A stretch of 63,656 nucleotides of DNA, the filler included, from Collodictyon triciliatum (taxonomy: Eukaryota): NCBI GenBank assembly GCA_043381765.1. It is 8 parts of 8 records of this genome, joined end to end, with 100 filler letters (N's around TTAATTAATTAA, not from the genome) between each part and the next. Parts side by side here need not be neighbours in the genome. Positions count along the whole stretch, not along the records: positions 7,978 to 15,852 come from JBHJMP010003700.1; positions 15,953 to 23,826 come from JBHJMP010003701.1; positions 23,927 to 31,799 come from JBHJMP010003702.1; 5 more parts are not named here. One strand, written 5' to 3'. The notes beneath the pieces are model-generated. The model saw nothing but the letters and a program-made list of their open reading frames with translations, searched no databases and was not told the origin of the DNA. The position numbers were made by a program, and so were the translations under genes. Within the stretch, counting starts at the first letter, position 1; each line of letters starts with the position of its first letter. Shown piece by piece: positions 13,259 to 27,490 of this stretch.

Positions 13259-15790
13259 TCACTCCGCTTCACCTCCATGTTCATCTTTTTCTTGCGTCTC
13301 TCCATGGGCTGAAAGGTCGTGTGCGCAATAAAGACACTTTGACATCACCCAAGGATGCCTCTTGCTAAACCTGCAGTTGCACTTTTCGAATCGACATCCT
13401 GACATCTCCTGTGCATCTCGTAGAGGCGGGTCTTGGATGCAAAGAAACGGAATAGGGTTGCACACGAAAGAGAACTGGATGGATGCGACGCGCAAGGATG
13501 AGGCCGAGTTCCGTTGGGAGCCAGGCTGTTGAGGGCTTTGTGCACCAGCTACAAATATACTTGAGCGGGGTTTGCTCGCACGAGGGCTGATGATTGGAGG
13601 GCGGGCAGAGAGCTCACCATCGATAGCAACAGCTCCAGGGGCTTGGGAGGCGCGTCTAATCGTTTCCAAACGAGTGACAGCCTTTGCTTTGAATACCCTA
13701 CGGACTTCAATCTAAAAACAAATAAATCAGCACACTATTAAAAGGCTGGAACGAAAGGTATGCATATAAGAGCAAGGTGGAGTTGGGCATGATTGAGTAT
13801 AATTTGTCAAAACAATCGTAAACAATACAAACCTTCCTGATAGGTTTTAGTTTTGGAGAGAGCAGTTGTGTAGGTGGCATCACTCTCGTAAGCTCGCTGG
13901 CGATGGCATCAAACTTCTCAAAGAGTTGCTTGAATATGTAGTCTGTGTCGCTCTCAATAGTGTGGCAAAGAATAATAGAGTTTGTGAACTTGTTTGATAC
14001 TTCCTGGGACTGAACAGCCTGTCAATCATTTTCGTCAATTATTGAACCGAAAAAGCGAGGATGATAAACAAAATACGTGGAACATAAAAAATAATATAAA
14101 AAAATGTATCCGAACAAGATGGAATGTATTGCCATAGGTAACATGTAAAGGCAATTGTAGGGCACGAAGGGACATAAATGGTGTAAATGTATACTGCTAG
14201 ACTCTTGAAAAATATCTGTATTGCTTGAAGGTTCTCTATAATCAAGCGATTGGCGGGAACCATGAAGGCCTCTTTGGCGCCGTTGAATTCAGCGCCATTC
14301 GATAGATTTTGGAGCACCTTGGCTATAAGAATCAGAGCACGACGTTCTTGTTCACCAGGCGGGTCTAAGATTTGATGTCAACAAGCATACTAGATATTAA
14401 ACGGTGATACGAAGTAATCGGAATAGAAATGTACAAGTCATGTTGTATTGTGACATATAGATAGCTTCTTTTTTTTCTGCTAGTTTCTTCAATAAAACAT
14501 GTTAACAAAATCAAGCAAAAAGTTGAAAGGAAGAATAAAAAAAATAAAAAAAAATCAAGCAAATTATCGAGAAAGTTACTTTCAAGAATTCCGTATTTCT
14601 CGGGGTACATAATTCCGCTGACCAAGAACCGAAGAAACATAAAGCCACCAATAGCTGAGTACTGCGAATCTGGGAACTTAACAGCTACTATTTTTTGGAC
14701 GTGGGCGCACAGATGCCTGATAACCCTGACGTAATATTGTTTTATCTCAGCCACATACAAGCAAAATGAACATATGTCCGTATTTCGAAACGGTGTATCA
14801 ATGAAATATTCTTTCGCACTAGGGATATCATTACAGTGTAAGAGATGAAAGGAAGCCATTTTCACAAATCTGATAGAAGAGGTTCATTTTACGGAGGGCA
14901 GTTGGGCACGGATTCGAATATCGACCGCAGGAACTTCCGGCAGGTGTTTAATAGGTGAGACATATTCGCTTCCGGGTCGTCTGAAGGACTGAGACGAAAA
15001 GGGTCGACCTGGGTTTTGTGTGCCCATCAAAGAGTTTTCATGACTACCTTACGCGCTTGTTCTGGCCTTTGCAAACCCGAATATTCAAGAATGATGATAT
15101 CGTGTTTCCCTTATCATTGCAATTTTTTTCTGTCGCGTGTTACTTTACTTTTTTCCTCTGTGAACGAGAAGAGGACGAACAAAATTCAAACCTCAAACTG
15201 ATTTGATGTCTGCAGAACCTCTCTGATACATGATTCCAGTGTTTCTCTCAAATATGGAAGTCCGACAGTACTTGTGTAGGACTTTGTAAGGTTATACCAA
15301 AAAATAAAAAAACATGTTAGAATATTAAGGAAAATGCAATAGAATTTGATGCCAATTGGTTACCTTGCATAAGCGTGTTGCAAGACTGTCTGTTCTAAAG
15401 AGGGTTGCTTCAATCGCTGATTATAGAAAAATAGATTCAATGAGCCTGCACCAGCGCAGTGTGGTAGTTTGCTAATAAAAAACTCTAATATTGAATAGTT
15501 TTGATATGATGAAGCCAACCAGTCTCCTCTGTTTCCTTCCCAACGACCCATTTCAGCAAATGCAGAGACTCTCCACTAGGTTGAAATCATGTTTTTTTTT
15601 TATGCGAGCAATCAATTATAAACTCCAACAATGGCATATAGTGCAATTATAAATTATTTTATGTCGTTGTTTGCTGGTGTTTGTGTTACTTTGCTTCACA
15701 TATGCTTATAATGCTCCGTGTAATTCGGTCCGGTTCATGGGACAAATCATACAGAATTTTTACCATCGCAAAATTGTTCTTTGTAAGAAT
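13259..15790 (-). CDS. Ras GTPase-activating protein with C-terminal Cys/His cluster, 5' truncated
   Basis: Exons encode TLFRTDSLATRL, FEVDP, AIGGFMFLRF...YPEKYGI and LILIAKVLQNLSN...KEAFM, which are RasGAP signature blocks. Confidence 0.9.
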
Positions 15791-15801
15791 CTGCGCATAA
15801 A

Positions 15802-15837
<36 letters not shown>

Positions 15838-15952
15838 ATATTATACTATTTTNNNNNNNNNNNNNNNNNNNNNNNNNNNNNNNNNNNNNNNNNNNNTTAA
15901 TTAATTAANNNNNNNNNNNNNNNNNNNNNNNNNNNNNNNNNNNNNNNNNNNN

Positions 15953-16027
<75 letters not shown>

Positions 16028-16156
16028 AAAAAAACAAAAAAAAACAAAAAACAAAAAAACATTTGAATGGGTCTATACGCAATCTAGTTTACAGTCTGTG
16101 GTCATATTTATACCTATGAAATATGCATGTGCATATGAATAAAAAAAGAGTAAAAA

Positions 16157-16692
16157 AAAAGCAAAAAAAAAAGTGTAAAAAAAGTAAAAAAGTTAAGAAA
16201 AAGAAAAAGTGACCGCACTAGCGAGCTGGAATATGTTTTCGTAATTAAAGCCACATCCCACCAAGATATTCCAAAAGACAAGCTGCGTAAATAGCACAGA
16301 GTAAGGTCTGCCCGGCATCCCCACCCTACAAACTTCCACCTCTGACTCTGATAGCATTTCCCTCCACTAGAAGCCACGCGATGAATAAAATGTACTTTTT
16401 TTTTTCCTTCTGGTTGCCACTTTACACATATTTTTTTTTATTAGAGAAAGAGGTGTATGGTACAGCTTCTTTCGCCATCCAACCCATAGAAAGTCCGCAG
16501 CACAGCAAACAATACGAGGAGGCCTTCTCTGTTGGTGACTGGCGCCTCCTGCCTGTCATGAAGAACACGCGGTTCTGAACGCAGCGGTTAAATAAGCGCA
16601 TCCGATGCCCGAATACACATACGCATGTTTTGATTTGATTTTGGGCCGATGCTTGCTCTCGTGAAGATAACGCCGGCGGTCGTTCGACATAT
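16157..16692 (-). CDS. Possible exons of a hypothetical protein
   Basis: GC-richer blocks joined in frame by phase-0 GT-AG introns; no recognisable family. Confidence 0.25.
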
Positions 16693-17367
16693 CTCCAACA
16701 AGAGAAAAGCAGTATGTAATAGAACAATGGAATACTTTGATTTTTTTTCTTTTTTGGTCTATGTTGGTAGAGTCCTCTGAAAAAAGCAGAACTATGCTGG
16801 AGAAGAGAATTAATCTAGAATCTGGATTACATGAGGAAAATGTTAACTAAGACTAAAGGAAAAATAATAATGAGTTGTGTCACATGAGCATTTGTGGGTG
16901 AGGTAAATGAAGTTGTTTTTGATGTACTGGTGTGGTTCATTCTCAACTAGTATTTTTTTTTCTCATGAATAGCGATTTAATTCGTAATTGGCCCTGACAT
17001 CAGAGATTTCCGAGAACTTGGAACTCAATGCTTGGAACATGATGACATAGGTATATTAAGAAAAAGAGTTGATAGAGAAAGTAGAAAGGCTTGGTTGCTC
17101 GCCTTTTTTTGATTTGAAAATGGAAAGAATACGCTCTTGGGTGATCAAAAAAAAAAAAAAAGAAAAAAAAGAGGAGATAATCCTGAGAAAAAAAAGATTG
17201 GAAAGAGAGTAATCATTGTGAGGGGGCAATATAGGGTGTCCTGTTGTAGTAGAAACGTCAGAGAATGTCAGAAATAGGCCAGATATCTTGTAGGCCGAGT
17301 ATGTAAAGGGGATTTGGTTGATAAAAAAGCAGGGTTTCCACCGATATGGGAAAAATGGGGGAAAAAC

Positions 17368-19156
17368 TTACATTTCGCGTCTCCACATGCTAATCTCCTG
17401 CTGTTTGAAATAGCGGCGGTCGTCTTCGTCGATAATAACAAGATTTAGATAGTACCGAACAGAGAACCGGCTGCCAACATTTCTAAATGTCGGGGACATG
17501 TTGTATGCACTCAGATACAGTCTGATCGGAATGGACTCGCCTTGTTAAGATTTAATCATGTTATTTCTCTTTTCAACTTGCACCAATTTAATGTTTTAAG
17601 AAAGACTTATATATTGAAAAAAAAAAAACAACTATGATTTGGGTGCGCTAGATGACGAAACAAAGTATAGACCTCTGACTGGTGCACCATCCATAATTTC
17701 ATATTTGGCCATGGTTTCGTTTTCATTGAAGACATTTGCACCTGCTCCATTTGCATGACACCAGATATCACGTTTAAAGAGAATGCAGGTTGGAACTTAG
17801 AACAGGAAAGAAACTAAATTGTTTTCAAACTATATGCAAACTATAATTGCACTATTCACAATCCAATATGGGAAAAAAAAGACTGAACTACGCAAGATTA
17901 CCGGAGCCAGTGGATTCACGTTTAATGATTCCTACTTCCATATGCTTTATCTTGATACGAACGAGCAAGAAATAGACCTTCCCGACAACAATGTCTTTGA
18001 GGTGGAACCTTGGGATTATTATTCACCGTTTTTAGAAAAGGAAGAAAAAAAAAGAAGAAAATCACCTGAGGTCCCCAAAAAAAAAAACAACAACAACAAC
18101 TTTGGGGTACGTACTTTGAGCGATTGTATTCAAACTCAATATGAAGACAGTCCTCTATACCAACTTCCATTTTAATGGAATTATTGATTTCTGGTTCTAA
18201 GGTTGTGTTTTGGATCCAGACATCTTGCTCCTTAACTATATTAGTGTTGAAACTTCTGAGGATAGTCAGGCGGAGAACATATCTGCATGTTGCTTTGAAT
18301 TAGTATTTAAATCATCGAAGGGGAAATTCATTTTCACATTTTATTCTCTTGTTATAAATTCAACATATAAGTTCTAGAGATTTATATAGCAAATCCAACT
18401 TTCGAGTAAGCGGATATGTATGAAAACCAGAACCTGAGCCTGGCGTTTATTCCGTTATACGACTCGTGCTGACGTTCACCGGAGCCGAACTCAAAGTTAA
18501 AAACCTTGGATTCTGCCAATATTCCAGGAGATGCCAACTCGCGCACAGTCGTAGTGAATTCGTAGTGGTTTGTCCGATCATAGAATAACTCTAACATAAT
18601 ACAAGAGTTTGTTAAAATGATAATATTTTTTCCCCCTTATTTAAGCGTAAAAACAACCAAAGTGTTGACAGCAACACGTGCAAAAATGATCGAAAACTGT
18701 AATTAAATAGTCACCAACTGGGGAAAGAGATATACAACAGATATGGGTATATGTTACAAACCGATCTGCCCAACCAACTCGAGACGGATTCCAACATGTT
18801 CGATCTTCTTCCCAGGGTTGAGGATAACCGAAACGCGACCGGTGATTTTGTCATTGCTGTGGTAAAGAGGGAGGATATCCTTCCCGTCGGTGCGGACAGC
18901 CTCATACTTTTGGGTGTGTGGCTTATCGAACGCATCCTCAAAGTCGAAGTTGATGCGGTACGAGGACGAGCCAGAGCCAAAGCCAAAGAGCGACTGGACG
19001 AGAGAGTCAATAGAGTCAAGAACGGAAGAGAAAAGGGAAACAAAGAAAAAGGAAGAGGAGGTTGCCGACGATCCATCCTCTAGCGCCAGAGGAAAAGCCT
19101 TCCAGAGAATGATGCAAGAGCTTTCAAAGGTTGCTTTGCAAACTTTAACTCACCAT
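17368..19156 (-). CDS. VPS26: Retromer subunit VPS26
   Basis: KKIEHVGIRLELVGQIE, ESYNGINARLRY, IKMEVGIEDCLHIEFEYN, KYEIMDGAPVRGESIPIRLYL, DEDDRRYFKQQEI. First coding exon appears to be only ATG (19154-19156), followed by GTGAGT. Confidence 0.96.
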
Positions 19157-19799
19157 AGCAAGGCAGATCAGAAGCGACCGACGCTTGAAGGTGGAACTAG
19201 TGGTGGGTGGACTTAGTAGTCTGTAATATTCATGCGCGTCTTCAAACGCAGCCCCCACCGCGAATGAGATCACTGACAATGGGAAAAAGACTCTGCCCCT
19301 GACGTGTCTCGCAAAAGATGAATCAGCTTTTCCCAACGGATCTGTCAACGCGGTGAAGGTGCTGGTTTGCCCTTTCAGAAAACACGATCGGTGTCGTGAA
19401 AGTCTTGGCAACCCTGCGAGCCACTCTCCGCGCTGACCACTGACTACATTTACATGACATGCTCCTCGAGCTATCGGCCACACCCGCCGCTTCCCTAGTC
19501 AGATCTTCCTTGCCGCTGCCGTAATGACCGCCAAGACGACCTGCTATCGTTACCAGAGAAGCGCTCAATCTATTTCCTTTTCTGGGATACCAACTATGGT
19601 ATGTGTGAATGGCGCTCCTTAGGAGCGCAGGGATTCGCGATGCACAGAGGAACAAGCAGCGTTTTGCTTCGCAGGGGTGGCGCCAAGCTGAGTATTTCGG
19701 GCGGGTAATGGAAGCGGTAGAGGTCGGGGAGGTTGTGGGGTTCGTGACACATTTATGGGCGACCGGAGAGTGTACAGAGGGAAGCGTGAGCGAACTCCT

Positions 19800-21095
19800 T
19801 TAGTTCTCGATGGCACCCTTCTCGGACACGTAGATACCGTCGAGGAACTTACGGATATCCTTGTTCTTGACGAGGACGGACTGGTGGATCAGGGCAGCTA
19901 CGGTGGTTTAGGTGTTGTCTTTCAGACCGAGGTTGCACTGTGTTGACACTCAGACAGGAATGAGGCTGGAAGGGGCGTTCACTCACCAGACTGGCCGACT
20001 TGCTCATTGTCGTTTCCGGTGATGATCAGCTCATCCTTGACGGCTTCAGAGCGCTCGCAGATGACTCCCTCTCCCATCTTCACGCGACGGACAATCTTCT
20101 CGCCGAGGAAGTTACGGATTTCAACGGTCTTTCCAGCGTCGCTGATGTTGACGTTGATGGGAAAGTGAGCGTACACAAAGCGCATCTTGTAGCGGTAGCC
20201 CTAGAGGAAAGAGTTGTTTCGTTGGTTCAGCAGGCACAGGCAGCAGAATAAATTTATTGACGAGTGCAAGCGTTGTTTAGTGATTGTAGAGAAAAAACGA
20301 CAGCTTTTCGAATACCTTGGTGACACCGGTGATCATGTTGTTGATGATGGAGCAGATGGTGCGGATCTGGCAGAGCTCCTTGCGCTTTCCGTGCCACATC
20401 TCGGCCTTCAGGGTGCGCTTCTCGGCATCAAGGGTGAGGCTGAGGCGACTGTGGTCGAAGTCACGGACGAGCTTTCCGCGGGGGCCAACAACAGTCACAG
20501 CACGGCCACGGAGGGAAAGGGTAACTAAATTAATGGATCGTATCAGGATGGCGGTAGGAGGTATGTGTTCGAAGGAGTTATGCTATTAGTGGGGGAGGGC
20601 TGTGCGAGATCTGATTCCAGGCATCGCCAATTGTGCGAAGGAAAGACTAGATCTTCTCAAATGAAGAATAAACCGAAGATGAGTGGTTCAGTTGGTTTGG
20701 CTTTGAAGGACTGTTTTTCTCCCGATATTTCACAACAATTATTTGGCCCACAAATTACACATAGTGGTATCGATAGCGGTCGATCAGCACAGCCACACGT
20801 CCTGCTGCGTGGTGAATATAAACAGGAATTCTGACAATATTCACAAACAGGCACCAGTGTTACTGACCGTGAGGGTTGTGTAACTGGTTTGTTCTCAGGC
20901 TCTTCTGTGGCAACGAGGTTTACAGAGTTGTGTCCAAATAGTCACTGGCAGAGTTGGGCAGTCATAGTCAGCGCCAAACTGCTTTCAGTACCAGGCTTCG
21001 ATTTGGCGCCGTCTCTGCTTTCTTTTCATGTGTAGGTGTTGGGACTTACCATTGGCGGGGTAGGTGATGGAGTCCTCCTTGTGGATGAGTCTCAT
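19800..21095 (-). CDS. RPL9: 60S ribosomal protein L9 (uL6), 4 exons
   Basis: [61 protein letters not shown]; three GT-AG introns. Confidence 0.98.
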
Positions 21096-21350
21096 TGCGG
21101 CTAGTACGAGCGAGGTAGGGGCTGGCGGAACGTTCTTTCTGGCTAGCGCAGCACTTGTTAGTAAATGAAAGAGACGTGTGAGTCCAGCGCCATCGATAGC
21201 ACCGGAAAAACCTATATTATTATGGTAAGTACGGTACTTGCCAAATCTATAAATTCTTTCATCTCAACCGAACCATCGACAGATCTGGAAAATAAAATTA
21301 TCTACCTATAAATATTCAGATACAGGACAAAGCACATTTGTTATTGCAAG

Positions 21351-21352
21351 CA

Positions 21353-21423
<71 letters not shown>
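21351..21423. repeat. (CA)n microsatellite
   Basis: Direct inspection. Confidence 0.95.
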
Positions 21424-21426
<3 letters not shown>

Positions 21427-21640
21427 AAAAAAAAAAAGGAGACAGAAAGGTTTCTAAACATTAGCTAACCCAATTCATTCCTTCATGGACGCAGGGAGGG
21501 CATATGGACGTTAGTTTAATGAAGGGACGTTCTTCGTGCTTTTGGAAAATAAAGTAGAGGACTTCTTTAAGAGATTCCACGAAACCAAAAAGGCTGGGGA
21601 CTCAGCGGCATACAGTCTCTTTGAGACAGAGAATACCACT

Positions 21641-22789
21641 TCAGACAGATTTCATCAGCCTGTCGACTAGGGTTTGTGGTCTTGCCGAAGACTTGTAAGG
21701 GTCGGTGGTGGGAAGGGTCCTCATATATGTGCTTCTTTTCGGTGTGTTGAACGAATCAGTCGGAAATTGGTCCTGCATGGCCACCCGGGATTCAAAGGTC
21801 ATGTTGGAATGGCGGCTGGGGCTTTCTTCGGTGTATTTCAATATGCCTTTCAATGGCTGCGGTTGTGGTCGATATGGAGGTGTCTGCGAGAGTTGTCGCC
21901 CATGGTCTTCCTGCCTTTCTCCATATCGATTTCTTCTTGAGAAATGCGCGCCTATTTTATCAGGAGAGTATGTCCTCTCATAAGGTGATGAGTGGGTGTG
22001 TCTGTAACTTGGTGAGGTAGTTCTAGGCTTGTTCGATGAGAATAAATCTACTTTGGAATAGTAGGTACCCATGTCTGAAATTGATTTACTCTCTTCCTTT
22101 TTTTGAGCGGCTCTATACTGTAAGTTCTCTGCATTTTGCGAATCGATTTGAAAAAGTCGACCAGGGGGGCTATTCGAAGTGCATGGTCGCTTGTTGATTA
22201 AATAATCGGGTGCTCCAGGCGAACGACTTCGACTTCGACTTCGACTTGGACTGCGATTTCGGTTTTCTTGTGATTCGTATGCCGCGCTAGAGCTTCGGTA
22301 TTTTTGAAAAGTTTTAAAAGTCTGCTCTCTTGGAGGTGGTGTTTGATATCCTTCATTCGTTCTGTTCTGCTGTGATTGGAGCGCTGTTATGGATTTTTGC
22401 TTCGCAAGCATATCCTGCAAAAAAGAAATTCGACTATTTTGGTCTGCAGATATTGACTTCATCTGATTACTTAAATATCGCCGGTCTTTAGTGTGTGCAT
22501 CCCTGAAGACAGGACCAGAGGAGTTTTCATTACTTTGGGGCTGTCTGTTAAAGTTAAATGTCTGTGTGTAATCTATTTTCCCACCTTGAGAGTGGTTAAA
22601 TGTGACACGTTCATTTTGCCACTGCGGTTTACCTTTATTTCCTGTCTTGTGACCGTATGGTGATTGTATCTTCGTTTGTATGGGTGAGGAACTGCGAGAA
22701 TTCGGTGCCGAGCGACTTTGGTAAGATTCTCTGGATTTGGTGCTCCAATCGCTCGAACTGGGCTTTTTAATAGATGTGAATGGTCTCAT
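21641..22789 (-). CDS. Hypothetical Ser/Arg/Pro/Gln-rich disordered protein (382 aa, intronless)
   Basis: Long ATG-initiated ORF in AT-rich flanks with an RSRSRSRSP stretch; no domain recognised. Confidence 0.65.
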   Translation of the reverse strand: MRPFTSIKKPSSSDWSTKSRESYQSRSAPNSRSSSPIQTKIQSPYGHKTGNKGKPQWQNERVTFNHSQGGKIDYTQTFNFNRQPQSNENSSGPVFRDAHTKDRRYLSNQMKSISADQNSRISFLQDMLAKQKSITALQSQQNRTNEGYQTPPPREQTFKTFQKYRSSSAAYESQENRNRSPSRSRSRSRSPGAPDYLINKRPCTSNSPPGRLFQIDSQNAENLQYRAAQKKEESKSISDMGTYYSKVDLFSSNKPRTTSPSYRHTHSSPYERTYSPDKIGAHFSRRNRYGERQEDHGRQLSQTPPYRPQPQPLKGILKYTEESPSRHSNMTFESRVAMQDQFPTDSFNTPKRSTYMRTLPTTDPYKSSARPQTLVDRLMKSV

Positions 22790-23080
22790 ATGTTGACTTC
22801 TGTTTGGCCACTCCTTATTTTTTTTTTATTTTTTAGTTTTTTAGTTTTCGTCATGTTCTAATATAATCTTTCATTATCAAGCGACTAAAAAAAATGTGAA
22901 TTTATATGAATAAAATTACCCTATCCCGATGAGAATCGTTTTCTAATTTTAATTACTGCCATTATTATTCTGTAATTCAACTTACAATAATTTTATTAAA
23001 AGAGCGAGAGAAGTGAAAGGCCATGAATATCATTCACTAATAAATTAGTTTACAATTTCAAATCCATAAAATTAGCAGAG

Positions 23081-23460
23081 TCATTTAAAAAGCATCACAT
23101 TATACAAACCTCGCCCTGTTGGAAATGAGGAGCCCTGTCGGTAAACATCCAAGTCATCAGTTGTTTGCGACAATCCTGGCTTGATGGGGACGTTTGATGA
23201 AGCGAAGTAGTGCTTCAAATGTTCCGCATTGATGGGCAACAACATCCAAAGAGTAGGTTTTGAGTTATCTGATTGTTTGTGTATATCGCTTGAGATGTGA
23301 GGATTTGTAAAAGAGATTCCGTTAGGTAATCCAAACGGAGCAAAAAGACTGCCAGGGAGCTGCGCGCGAACACCACCATTGCTTGAAATAGCTGCTCGGC
23401 CAGAATTACTAATTGCGTCTGAGCTCCACATATTGTTGCGGAGTGGGCCTACATCGATAG
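23081..23460 (-). CDS. Probable terminal exon of an unidentified gene
   Basis: ORF of ~120 aa ending GLYNVMLFK*; the upstream part runs towards the scaffold end. Confidence 0.4.
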
Positions 23461-23651
23461 CCCGTCAACAAAGATGCGCATTATCCTTTTCATTCCCTCT
23501 TTACTTTTTCTTTTTTGTAATCGTAGTTAGAATGGTTATGATCGGGAGGAAAACCTGTGGCCGCTCGGTGTGTCTGGATCTCTTTATTAGATCCTTTCCG
23601 CCAAGACATGAGCCTCTTCTTCACGCACCCACCTTAGCCTCTTTCTTTTAT

Positions 23652-23654
23652 CAT

Positions 23655-23705
<51 letters not shown>

Positions 23706-23738
23706 TTTGTTTGTTTGTTTGTTTGTTTGTTTATTTGT

Positions 23739-23825
<87 letters not shown>

Positions 23826-23826
23826 T
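23652..23826. repeat. (ATTT)n/(GTTT)n microsatellite
   Basis: Direct inspection. Confidence 0.95.
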
Positions 23827-24896
23827 NNNNNNNNNNNNNNNNNNNNNNNNNNNNNNNNNNNNNNNNNNNNTTAATTAATTAANNNNNNNNNNNNNNNNNN
23901 NNNNNNNNNNNNNNNNNNNNNNNNNNAAAAAAATAAAATAAAATAAAATAAAATAAAATAAAATAAAATAAAATAAAATAAAATAAAATAAAATAAAATA
24001 CAATAAAATACAATAAAATACAATAAAATACAATAAAATACAACAAAAACAAAAACAAAAATAAAAACAAAAACAAAACCTCATTACAAATGCAGACATC
24101 TACGTCCCATCCGATTATGCGCCACAATTGGAGGGCAACCACTGCACCCACTGTCCGGTCCGCCCGACTCTGCGATGCACATGCAAACAACGTGCCGATT
24201 TGCCACCGCATCAGCAAAACCGAGCGACACGACACGCAAAGACTCCTCCGCCAAAGAACTGTCGGCCTGTCGATATATCAAAGAGAGGCACCAAAGAACT
24301 CGGCTCACTAGCCTCCAAGGGACCGCAATCAAAGGACGATGAAGGCGGCCGGTCTTGCTGGGTCGATGATGACCAACTCGCTCTGTTTCATCGCCACGCC
24401 CAACAGCAGAGGCGGGATATCATCCGGAGGAGAGTTAATCAACACTTGGATTTTGTCACTTCTGCAGAAATGCGCGATGCGAACGTGTTTGGATATCGTC
24501 AGGATGACTGTGCTGAGAAATCCGCAGATTACGAGTGGTCGCATTGTCAGGTTACTTTTATTCTCTTTTTCTTTTTCTTTTTAATATATATATATATAAA
24601 TATATATTTGTTGGCCCCTATCCTTTTATTTCCTTTTCCATTTGATTCGTCAATTTTCTTACTTTCATTTTGAAAATCTTTGATATCTTTTGTGTGTATT
24701 ATCCAAATTAATTACAAAGATTATGAAAAAATGGATTATATTAAACTATGACAGTTCTGGTAATATAGTGCTCGTACCGCGGAAGACCAACTGCGCATGC
24801 GCACCCAAAACCAAAACCAGGGAAAATGGTGACTTCATCAAGCCCGTCCTCTTTACTCGCATTACCCACACGTATTGAGTCGTTTTCTGTTTGCAG

Positions 24897-26337
<1,441 letters not shown>

Positions 26338-27490
26338 TCGAATAAAGTGGCGACCTGTGTCGTGCTCCGATGTTCCTGCTGGCCATCTGACCTCTTACTG
26401 GCTTCTAGAATCCGAACCCATCTTATGAACACATGTATTTTTTATTTGTAGATTTCTTGTCCATTTTTTTTTTAAAAAAAAATTAATCAATAAATCAACA
26501 TCAGAACGAAATAAAGTAGTCTCTGTCCCACAGAATAAACCTGCTTTGGTGAATCTAGCATTGGTATGGTGTGCCGCAGAGGGTCAGTGATTCCGATATG
26601 AACTGTGCTGCGTGCAGAGAGAGAATAAAACAGAATAGACAGTTTGCTCAGCAAGCAAAGAAAACACTTCTTTGACATGCGCTTGACGAGCGCGGATTGC
26701 TGCGGCAAAAGAGTTGCGATTGTCTGTCGCGTGATTTTTGATCTGCGGTTCACTCCTCCCTTTTCCGTTCGTGGTTGTATTCTGCGAAATGTTCTGTTCT
26801 GACACAACTTTTCCTCGATCAAAGCCGAATCGCCCAAACACCAGAATGCAAAAATATGAAATAAAAAATTGGAAAAAATATGAAAAATATGAAAAATAAA
26901 AAGAATGAAAGAAAACATGAAAAACATGAAAAACATGAAAGAATAAAAATAAAATAACAAACTATGGAAAAAAGGAATAAAAAATCAAAGAATGAATGAA
27001 AGAAAAAAGAATGAAAGAATGAAAGAATTAATTGAAATGATAAAAAAATGAATATAATGAAAATAATTGAAATGATAAAAGAATGAAAGAATGAAAGAAT
27101 AAAACCGAAAAAATAAAAGAATAAACCGAAAAAAATGTAACGATAAAAGAATAAATCGAAAAAAAATCAATATAAAAGAATGAAAGAAGGAAGGAATAAA
27201 ACCAAGAGAAATGAAAAATAAAGGAAAAAGTGAAAGATTAAAGTTAAAAAAAAGGACGAAACAGAGAAAAATAAGGGTCGATCCAGACTCTCTCTTCTCA
27301 AAGCAAGCTGGTTAAACTAGGTTCAACTTATTTGGGTGGTTTCATGACAAGCAACCTTCAGGTTTTTGCCTTCTTTCCCTATTTCCTCGGTCCCATATTC
27401 ACTCGTGATTTTCAGTCTGCTGGTCGCTTGAAAGACAGAATCAGGCTTGATGCTTGGAGGCTGACTCGAAGCATACTGAACCGTCCCATA

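Noticed and set aside
16460-16535. Alternate frame LRTFYGLDG reminiscent of TAF1B/Rrn7
   Set aside because: Very short match, and splicing in that frame meets a stop in the next exon.
17383-17400. GAGATTAGCATG resembling U6 snRNA
   Set aside because: Falls in the VPS26 last exon (QEISMW); no other U6 elements.
24830-24832. In-frame TGA in a possible exon (…QGKW*LHQARP…), suggesting selenocysteine, readthrough or a variant code
   Set aside because: The gene model is unresolved and these exons may be UTR. No SECIS is evident, TGA terminates conserved genes here, and those genes show no internal stops.
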